A stretch of 41,144 bases of DNA from Promethearchaeia archaeon (GTDB lineage Archaea; Asgardarchaeota; Lokiarchaeia; Sigyniarchaeales; SOKP01), in assembly GCA_029856295.1 (NCBI GenBank), contig JAHQWS010000137.1, positions 1-41,144 of the forward strand. The letters are read 5' to 3'. Of the stretch, positions 34,962 through 41,144 are shown in pieces. Under the pieces are notes generated by a model. That model was given only the letters and a program-made list of their open reading frames with translations. It did not search any database and was not told the origin of the DNA. Every line of letters starts with the position of its first letter. The stretch's first letter is position 1. Position numbers and translations under genes: made by a program.

Positions 34962-35152
34962 TTATTTCCTTTTTTTCTTTTATTGTGAAATATGATAGAT
35001 ATTCTGATAAAAATGCGTGCTCTATGTAATCGGAGTAGAGCAGTTAAGGTAAGGTGAGCTAAGGTGAGTATTCTATAGCGATTGATCAGTTTGTATCCGA
35101 AGATGAGGGGTTTGATGAGAAATCTGAGAAGTATAAAGAATTTATCAATTTA

Positions 35153-37636
35153 GTGGGACATCAAACAATTGCCAGAGTGTTAATTGAGTCGAACATCCGT
35201 GAACTTCGGGACATTCAGATACGTGCTATAAAGAAAGGTCTGTTTTTTAGAAACTCGTTTTTAATTTGTGCCCCTTCAGGAAGCGGTAAAACGTTAATCG
35301 GGGAGATATGTGCCATGAACAATATTTTTCAAGGGCTTGGCAAATCAGTATACTTAGTACCTTTTAAAGCCTTAGCTACCGAGAAATATAATGCATTTAA
35401 GAAGAGTTATCAGCGATTTGGCATAAAAGTGGTGTTGTCCATAGGGGATTTTGATGTGGATGATAAAAAATTGGCAAAAGCCGATATTGTTATTACCACC
35501 TATGAAAAAATGGATTCAATTTTAAGAAATTTTTACGATAAAGAGTGGATTTTTGAAATCTCCACAATCATCATTGACGAGATTCATATGATAGGTGAGT
35601 CAGATAGGGGTCCGAGGTTAGAGTCTCTTGTTGTTAGGCTCAATGAATTCTTACATAATCCCCAAATAATCGGTCTCTCGGCAACTATTGCCAACCCTCA
35701 GTTTTTTACCTCATGGTTATCCTCTCTGGGAAATAAAACCACATTAATTGCCTCTGATAAGCGCCCGGTGCCCCTTCATTATCGGGTAGAGCTCACGCAA
35801 AATAAAGATTCCACCATAAAAAAAATAGTAAAAGACACTTTGGGCAAGGACGGGCAGGTGTTAATCTTTCTTAAGACCAGAAATGCCACTCAGCAGTTAT
35901 CTGAAACATTGAGAAATCTAGTTAAAAGCCATATGGAAGATGGGAAGCTACAGGTTTGTGAAGGATTAAAACGAGAGTTAGAGTCGCTTAAAGACGGGAA
36001 CTTAGCCTTGAGAAAAGTTATTAAATATGGTGTTGCATTTCATCACGCAGGATTGTTGTCCAAAGAGCGCAGACTAGTAGAGGATAATTTTCGAAGCCAT
36101 CACATTAAAGTTATCTGCTGTACTACCACTCTTTCGGCAGGAGTGAATGTGCCTGCCCGGGTGGTGATTTTAAAAGATTTCAAAAAATTCGTCACGTCAG
36201 GATATAATATTAAAAACTTTGCCGGGTTTCATGAGAACGGCGATGGATTTAGCTATTTTAAGGCGTTTTCGGCCAATGAAATATTTCAGATGCTTGGGCG
36301 GGCAGGAAGACCGGGACTGGATACCGTAGGATATGGGTACCTGCTTGCCAAAGATCTTGACGAGAAAATGTTTATTGAAGATCATTATTTCCAAAACTAC
36401 TCTTCGCAAGGAAAACGCATTCCCAGATATAACGATTTAACCTCAGAGCTCAACAATCTCAACATTCTCAAGGAGCAGGTCCTTTTGAGAGTTTATGAAG
36501 AGCAACATATTACCATCGAGAAATTAAAGCAATTTTTCGAAAAGACCTATTTTTGGTATAGCATTACCCATAAACTTCAGGCTCAGCACATCCCTATTGA
36601 CCAGTTCTTAATGATCAACGAGGTGTCCCCGAAAAATATTTTAAAATTACACTCGAACCCTGAAACCCTTCATAAACTTCAAGCGCTTCGCTATCCGAAA
36701 AAATTATCGAAAATTACCAGCTCCACCATTTTAGGACATATAAAAACGGATTATGGGGTATATACCTGCCAGTTTGATATTGAAGAGGGGATAAAATGCT
36801 CCTGCGGGTTTCAAAACGGGATTTCCGACAATTTTACCGGACAGAAATTTGCCTTTGAGTTTTGCAGTCATGTGTCCATGTTTCTGCTCTATTTAATTGA
36901 ACTGCCTGATAAAGATTTTGAGAAGTACGTCAATGATATCATTCCAAAATCAGTGAGAAACCAATACGTACTCAAATATTTATTTGAAAAAGGACTTATC
37001 ATCAGAAATGAGGATAGTACCCTTAAATGCTCTCATTTTGGAAAGCTAATAATTCGACTCTATTTATATCCTGCTTCTGGAGTACTTATTCGCTACAAGC
37101 TGGAGCATAAAGAGTTAAACTCATTTAAGGCCCTTATAGAAGCAGCTTATGATGTGCTCAAGGCAGAGTTTAAAGTGCGCGACAAGAAAATGTTAGAACC
37201 CTTGCTCGAGTGGACAGATGAGGAGCCCATAGATAAGATTTTAGAGCGTTCAAGGATTATGGCCGGCGATTTTTATTCGATAAGGGATAATATAGAGAGA
37301 ATCATTACGTTTATTGGCACCATCGCCAGGAATTTAGGGCCCAGTGATATCGAATTGCAAGAAAAGCTTATAAAGGTCTCGGAAATGGCTGAAACTCTCA
37401 GAATACGGGTGCATCATGGCATTAAAGAGGAGTTGTTCGATCTGGTCCTGCGGCTAAATAATGTAGGAAGGGTCAGAGCCAGGATATTATATGATGTGGG
37501 ATATCATACCGCAACGCAAGTGAAAAAAGAAAAAACCTATACGCTCAATAGAAAAACCGGGCTCGGCATTAATTTATGTAAGAAAATAATTGAAAGCTCG
37601 AAAGAAAAAAAGAAAAAAGAGAAAAATATCTTATAA
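35153..37636 (+). CDS. hel308: Hel308/Ski2-like SF2 DNA helicase with an inserted SWIM-type zinc finger
   Basis: Motifs ICAPSGSGKT, IIIDEIHMIG, LSATIANP, VAFHHAGL, TTTLSAGVNVPAR and QMLGRAGRPG. The C-terminal LRLNNVGRVRARILYDVGYHT matches the Hel308 domain-5 HhH. C549-x-C551-x19-C571-x-H573 (36797-36871) is a SWIM signature. The GTG start has no obvious SD, so the start is uncertain. Confidence 0.88.
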   Translation: MGHQTIARVLIESNIRELRDIQIRAIKKGLFFRNSFLICAPSGSGKTLIGEICAMNNIFQGLGKSVYLVPFKALATEKYNAFKKSYQRFGIKVVLSIGDFDVDDKKLAKADIVITTYEKMDSILRNFYDKEWIFEISTIIIDEIHMIGESDRGPRLESLVVRLNEFLHNPQIIGLSATIANPQFFTSWLSSLGNKTTLIASDKRPVPLHYRVELTQNKDSTIKKIVKDTLGKDGQVLIFLKTRNATQQLSETLRNLVKSHMEDGKLQVCEGLKRELESLKDGNLALRKVIKYGVAFHHAGLLSKERRLVEDNFRSHHIKVICCTTTLSAGVNVPARVVILKDFKKFVTSGYNIKNFAGFHENGDGFSYFKAFSANEIFQMLGRAGRPGLDTVGYGYLLAKDLDEKMFIEDHYFQNYSSQGKRIPRYNDLTSELNNLNILKEQVLLRVYEEQHITIEKLKQFFEKTYFWYSITHKLQAQHIPIDQFLMINEVSPKNILKLHSNPETLHKLQALRYPKKLSKITSSTILGHIKTDYGVYTCQFDIEEGIKCSCGFQNGISDNFTGQKFAFEFCSHVSMFLLYLIELPDKDFEKYVNDIIPKSVRNQYVLKYLFEKGLIIRNEDSTLKCSHFGKLIIRLYLYPASGVLIRYKLEHKELNSFKALIEAAYDVLKAEFKVRDKKMLEPLLEWTDEEPIDKILERSRIMAGDFYSIRDNIERIITFIGTIARNLGPSDIELQEKLIKVSEMAETLRIRVHHGIKEELFDLVLRLNNVGRVRARILYDVGYHTATQVKKEKTYTLNRKTGLGINLCKKIIESSKEKKKKEKNIL

Positions 37637-37638
37637 AA

Positions 37639-37827
37639 TTATTTTTTTTGCAGCACCCACGTATCGATTTTGAAGGTCTGAGCTACGCCTATCTGAGGCA
37701 TATATTTTGACTTGATGGTAGATTTGCGGATCCATACTTCTTTTCTCGAGCCAAGCACGACAAGCAGTGCTTTTTTCGTTTCTACTTTTATTTCTCCCTC
37801 CATCGAGGAGATTTTTGGTGTTAACAA
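37639..37827 (-). CDS. Possible small protein (62 aa; may start at the internal MEGEIK..)
   Basis: Beta-rich-looking sequence EGEIKVETKKALLVVLGSRKEVWIRKSTIKSKY..FKIDTWVLQKK convergent with hel308. It competes with an overlapping 81-aa ORF in another frame. Weak support only. Confidence 0.3.
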   Translation of the reverse strand: MLTPKISSMEGEIKVETKKALLVVLGSRKEVWIRKSTIKSKYMPQIGVAQTFKIDTWVLQKK

Positions 37828-38050
37828 AGATGTTGTTAAAAGTTGGTTGATGAATCTTGGAGATCCTACATTTCACCGTATAAGTTAGGAAATGAAGAAG
37901 CTCATTGGTAAATAACGATTAAATAAATGACAGAATTTGCAATATCATTTTTCTTTTTAATTAATTATAATTAATTTTCGTTCTCATCTACAATATGACT
38001 TCTTTTTCTTTATTTTTATTTAAAGAATAAATTCGGTGGCTATCAGAGAC

Positions 38051-38068
38051 ATTTTTCTTTAAATATGC
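38051..38068 (+). promoter_or_regulatory. T-run + TATA-like promoter box for the 127-aa zinc-finger ORF
   Basis: ATTTTTCTTTAAATATGC, ~20-40 nt upstream of the ATG at 38089. Confidence 0.45.
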
Positions 38069-38088
38069 ACAATATTTGAATTAAATAT

Positions 38089-38472
38089 ATGAACAGTCTC
38101 AAAATTTTTGTCAATTCATTAGATAATTCATTAAAATGTGCAATTTGTAGAGCCGACATAAAGAATAACACAAATATTTACCAATCAGAGCATAACTTTG
38201 GTATTGTATGTTCGAACTGTTGTCAAAAATTTTCAATAAATGATATTGAGTGGATGATGAAGATTTTTTTGGCATACGGGGGCTACTTTGCGGAACTTGA
38301 AGATCAAAATTTCTCTCTAGAAAGGTACTTATGTAATTTAGCTGAAGATTTAATAAAAAATGAAAAAATTTTAGATATAAATGAGTTAAATATTAAATTT
38401 ATCCATGAAATTTTGCTACATGGAATAACAATCCAAGAATATCAAAAGAAGTTAGAATCTTTTTTGAAATGA
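38089..38472 (+). CDS. Hypothetical Cys4 zinc-finger protein (127 aa)
   Basis: CAIC..x25..CSNCC near the N-terminus. A consensus T-run/TATA box lies at 38051-38068. Confidence 0.5.
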   Translation: MNSLKIFVNSLDNSLKCAICRADIKNNTNIYQSEHNFGIVCSNCCQKFSINDIEWMMKIFLAYGGYFAELEDQNFSLERYLCNLAEDLIKNEKILDINELNIKFIHEILLHGITIQEYQKKLESFLK

Positions 38473-38583
38473 TGCATGCTTTTTATTTGATATTCCCTGT
38501 TGTTTTAAAATTTTTATAATAAACTTTTCTTGAAATTATTTATTAGGTTAACTTATTAAACTAAATATTTTAAATAAATAATA

Positions 38584-39594
38584 ATGAATTCAAGAGAACG
38601 AGTATTAACAACTTTCAAGTTTAAAGAAGCAGATAGAGTACCTCTTTTTGAAGCATGGATTGAGATTGAGATTATGGACGCGATAGGAGGAGGGAGTCCT
38701 TATAAAACTCGTGAAATTCTCAATCTTGATTGCATTCCTATAGCAGTCGGGCATCCTAAAAGCACTAATGCATGGCGAACCGGAGTTGATGAATGGGGTA
38801 GAGTTTTTAAAAATGGATGGTATATGAAAGGTATAGTAAATAACCTGGATGATTTGGAAAAATATACTCCTCCATTAGAATATGCAAAAACCTGGTTTCC
38901 TGAAAGTATTGTGAAAAGTACAAAGAAGAAGTATGGTGAAACCCATGCAATTTATTATGCGTTTCATGATGCGTGCTTAGGATTATCCTATATGAGCATG
39001 GGATTAGATAAATTTTTTATAGCAATCCATAGAAATAAAGAATTAGTTGAAGCCCTTATGAAAAGAAGCACAGAATGGACAATTGCTATGATCAATGAAG
39101 CTAACACTAGCGGAGTCGATTTCATCATGGTGGGTGATGATGTTGCTTTTAGGTCAGGATCTATGATGTCGCCTAAAATATTCCGAGAATTAGTACTTCC
39201 ATATTATAAAAAAATCGTCAAATCATCTAAAGTTCCACTTATTTGGCACTCGGATGGGGCAATTGAACTTCTAATCCCTATGATTATCGAAGCTGGATTT
39301 GCTGGTATTCATTCCCTTGAACCAAACGCAAATATAGACCTTGCCCGAGTTAAAGAAAAATATGGGAACAAATTAATATTAGCGGGAAATTTAGATGTAA
39401 CGAATGTTCTTACTCAGAGTAATCTTGAATTAGTTCATAAGGATGTAGAGCGATGTATTGAACAAGGTGCACCAGGTGGCGGATACCTCTTTTCTTCATC
39501 AAATAGTTTATTTAAAGGAATGGAAATTGACTCTATCGTTGAAGCTTACCGTTATGCAAAAGAAATTGGAGTGTATAAAAAAAGAAAAAGTTAA
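38584..39594 (+). CDS. Uroporphyrinogen decarboxylase (URO-D) family protein, MtaA/CmuA-like methyltransferase type
   Basis: N-terminal RERVLTTFKFKEADRVPLFE, mid DFIMVGDDVAFRSGSMMSPKIFRELVLPYYKKI, then IWHSDG and LAGNLD, which fit the URO-D-fold methyltransferase/decarboxylase family. Length 336 aa. Confidence 0.75.
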   Translation: MNSRERVLTTFKFKEADRVPLFEAWIEIEIMDAIGGGSPYKTREILNLDCIPIAVGHPKSTNAWRTGVDEWGRVFKNGWYMKGIVNNLDDLEKYTPPLEYAKTWFPESIVKSTKKKYGETHAIYYAFHDACLGLSYMSMGLDKFFIAIHRNKELVEALMKRSTEWTIAMINEANTSGVDFIMVGDDVAFRSGSMMSPKIFRELVLPYYKKIVKSSKVPLIWHSDGAIELLIPMIIEAGFAGIHSLEPNANIDLARVKEKYGNKLILAGNLDVTNVLTQSNLELVHKDVERCIEQGAPGGGYLFSSSNSLFKGMEIDSIVEAYRYAKEIGVYKKRKS

Positions 39595-39642
39595 AACAAA
39601 TATTTAGGTAAAGGCTTCTCTAAAACTTTAATATTTAATCTC

Positions 39643-40719
39643 TTATTTTGATTTAAAATCTAATCGTGCTAAGTTCTTTTTTCTTTGATTAGTTAAAATC
39701 ACGAGCATGACACCGGAAAGACTCCCTACAAATATAAATGTAGCGATGGTCCACTCAATGGGTAATGAAATTGCGTCACTTTTCAAATCTTCTAGTAGAT
39801 CTATATTATCACTCTCTTCGGAACTCTTAGAGCTCGTCTCGTTAACCTTGATAACATCACTGATTTGATAATCCTCAACCATCGCATAGGCAACATTCAC
39901 ATACGCAACACTACAATATATCCTCAACTTAATCTCATATTCTCCGGCTACAGAAGTTCCAAAACTAGATGAATTTATGCTATTAACATCAGCTAAATCA
40001 TTATTTGTATATATAATAAAATTAACTCCATTAGGATCTTCAATATTATAATCTACTCTCACTATATTGCTCTCTGTAATGGAAATTGCTGACACTCGTC
40101 CGATATAAAATTTGTATGAAACATCCGTTTTTAAATCTATATCATGTTCTTTGTATTTATTATTATCAAAGGTCGTCACTTCATGAAGGATTATATTATC
40201 ATGCTCCTGAGAATCAATCTTATCGTAAAGACATAATGGTCCTTGCTCCATACGGATGTAAAGATTAAAATTCACCAGAGATTCAGAATAAAACTCGATT
40301 CTATATTGTCCAGCCATCTCCGTTCCAAATGGAACTTCAAAAGATCTACCAAAATTTGGTTTATAAAACATCTCACTCTCAAAGACATTAAACTGCTTAC
40401 TATCAGGATCCCAAATAGTAATCCTCATTTTGGAACAGTTATGAGGGGTTACAAGCTCTATATAGATATAATACATGTATTCTTTCTCTAAATAAAGACC
40501 ACTAAAAGTCAAGTTATTATTGGGAGCTAAAAATGTATATACCTTATCTGGTAATTCTAAATCACTACTTTTTATGTCTATCATTCGTTGATTATATTCT
40601 TCACAACTAATATAATCATCACTAACAGTAAATTGAGAGTTTCTTGTATATATCCCATAAATACTTAAAAATATTAAAAAATAAAATAAAATAAAGTAAT
40701 TCATCCTTCTAATACCCAT
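39643..40719 (-). CDS. Surface-anchored protein with two beta-sandwich-like repeats, N-terminal signal/anchor and C-terminal TM
   Basis: N-terminal YFILFYFLIFLSIYGIYT and C-terminal WTIATFIFVGSLSGVMLVILT followed by NQRKKN. An internal repeat is marked by AGQYRIEFYSE and AGEYEIKLRIY. Confidence 0.6.
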   Translation of the reverse strand: MGIRRMNYFILFYFLIFLSIYGIYTRNSQFTVSDDYISCEEYNQRMIDIKSSDLELPDKVYTFLAPNNNLTFSGLYLEKEYMYYIYIELVTPHNCSKMRITIWDPDSKQFNVFESEMFYKPNFGRSFEVPFGTEMAGQYRIEFYSESLVNFNLYIRMEQGPLCLYDKIDSQEHDNIILHEVTTFDNNKYKEHDIDLKTDVSYKFYIGRVSAISITESNIVRVDYNIEDPNGVNFIIYTNNDLADVNSINSSSFGTSVAGEYEIKLRIYCSVAYVNVAYAMVEDYQISDVIKVNETSSKSSEESDNIDLLEDLKSDAISLPIEWTIATFIFVGSLSGVMLVILTNQRKKNLARLDFKSK

Positions 40720-41038
40720 ACACCTTTAAATCTGTAAATTCCTTAGTAAGTTCATTAATCCTTTCGCATTTATCAAATTCTACACAAGAAAAACAAGGAC
40801 CATCAGCCCAGAAATAGGCTTTCTGATTTTGTTTTTCTATGATTAATATCGGTAACTCTCTTATGGGACAAATCAACGCGGAATTGCTGATGGTCCCTCG
40901 TTTGGGCAACGCATATGAGAGCCCGCAAATTTCACACTTTGCAAATCGCTTATAATTATTTGTTTTAAATATTGAAATTGAGCAATTACAATTAGGACAT
41001 ATTCCGATTTCTTCAATTTTTCGCATTTTATCGTACAA
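40709..41038 (-). CDS. Small zinc-ribbon protein resembling topoisomerase-type C4 zinc fingers
   Basis: CPNCNCSISIFKTNNYKRFAKCEICGLSYALPKRG follows the CP.CG......F..C..C.....LP..G pattern. A second Cys cluster is CPI...CFSCVEFDKC. It overlaps the downstream gene by 11 nt and has a TATA-like box at 41071-41089. Confidence 0.6.
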   Translation of the reverse strand: MYDKMRKIEEIGICPNCNCSISIFKTNNYKRFAKCEICGLSYALPKRGTISNSALICPIRELPILIIEKQNQKAYFWADGPCFSCVEFDKCERINELTKEFTDLKVYGY

Positions 41039-41070
41039 ATTTAGTTTGATTAAATTTAGGATAAATTCGT

Positions 41071-41089
41071 ATTATATAAAGAAAAAAAA
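41071..41089 (-). promoter_or_regulatory. T-run + TATA-like promoter box for the zinc-ribbon / surface-protein gene pair
   Basis: The minus strand reads TTTTTTTTCTTTATATAAT, ~35-50 nt upstream of the ATG at 41038. Confidence 0.5.
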
Positions 41090-41144
41090 TTTCTTCTAAC
41101 GCGAAATTTAAATTTGTATGGATTTCTGATTTTTTTTTTATAAA

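Noticed and set aside
35046-35069. AAG|GTAAG, AAG|GTGAGC and AAG|GTGAGT, three adjacent look-alikes of the eukaryotic 5' splice-site consensus
   Set aside because: No branch site, polypyrimidine tract or AG acceptor context links these to an interrupted ORF. The same GGTGA core is the Shine-Dalgarno complement used before other genes here. Coincidental or SD-related is the simpler reading.
35112-35130. TGATGA ... CTGA resembling C and D boxes of an archaeal C/D sRNA
   Set aside because: Only 5 nt separate the two boxes (a guide of ~10-12 nt is expected), there are no C' or D' partners, and there is no terminal stem.
37631-37876. 81-aa minus-strand ORF overlapping the 62-aa ORF at 37639-37827
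   Set aside because: Two frames are open over the same DNA. The 81-aa product is Arg/Lys/Ser-rich with no pattern. I kept the 62-aa frame only as a low-confidence feature.
1-41144. Search for rRNA, tRNA, CRISPR arrays, long tandem or inverted repeats
   Set aside because: No regularly spaced direct repeats, no cloverleaf-like GC-rich ~75-nt islands and no rRNA-like segments were seen by eye. The only GC-rich non-coding island is the group II intron. A tRNAscan/Infernal/CRISPR-finder run would be needed to be certain.

Overview
This is an AT-rich archaeal chromosomal segment. It carries archaeal-type information-processing genes (PCNA, RadA, FEN1, a Hef/FANCM-like helicase, a Hel308/Ski2-like helicase, a RadB-like ATPase). 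Most gene starts are preceded by a recurring T-run plus TATA-like box. An MglA-like GTPase/Roadblock pair, a Zc3h12a/NYN-type RNase domain and FANCM-like features are compatible with an Asgard-type archaeon, but taxonomy cannot be settled without a database search. I support about 38 CDSs and saw no rRNA, tRNA or CRISPR array. The main non-coding feature is a ~0.83 kb GC-richer island at 24543-25373 (minus strand) that reads as an ORF-less group II intron. It has a textbook domain V, a domain VI with a bulged A, a 5' GUGUG and a 6-nt EBS1/IBS1 match. The most interesting coding feature is a tightly coupled four-gene membrane operon at 12596-19944 (minus strand). It encodes an HhH2-bearing membrane protein, two further membrane proteins, and a 1312-aa membrane-anchored HerA/VirB4-like protein whose Walker A and B motifs are both degenerate. 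I read it as a candidate undescribed membrane DNA-handling or translocation system sitting among DNA replication and repair genes. Other oddities are a RadA with a second C-terminal HhH2 domain, a Hel308-like helicase with an inserted SWIM zinc finger, and a Hef whose ERCC4 nuclease domain looks catalytically dead and lacks HhH2. All homology calls are by-eye motif recognition, not searches.
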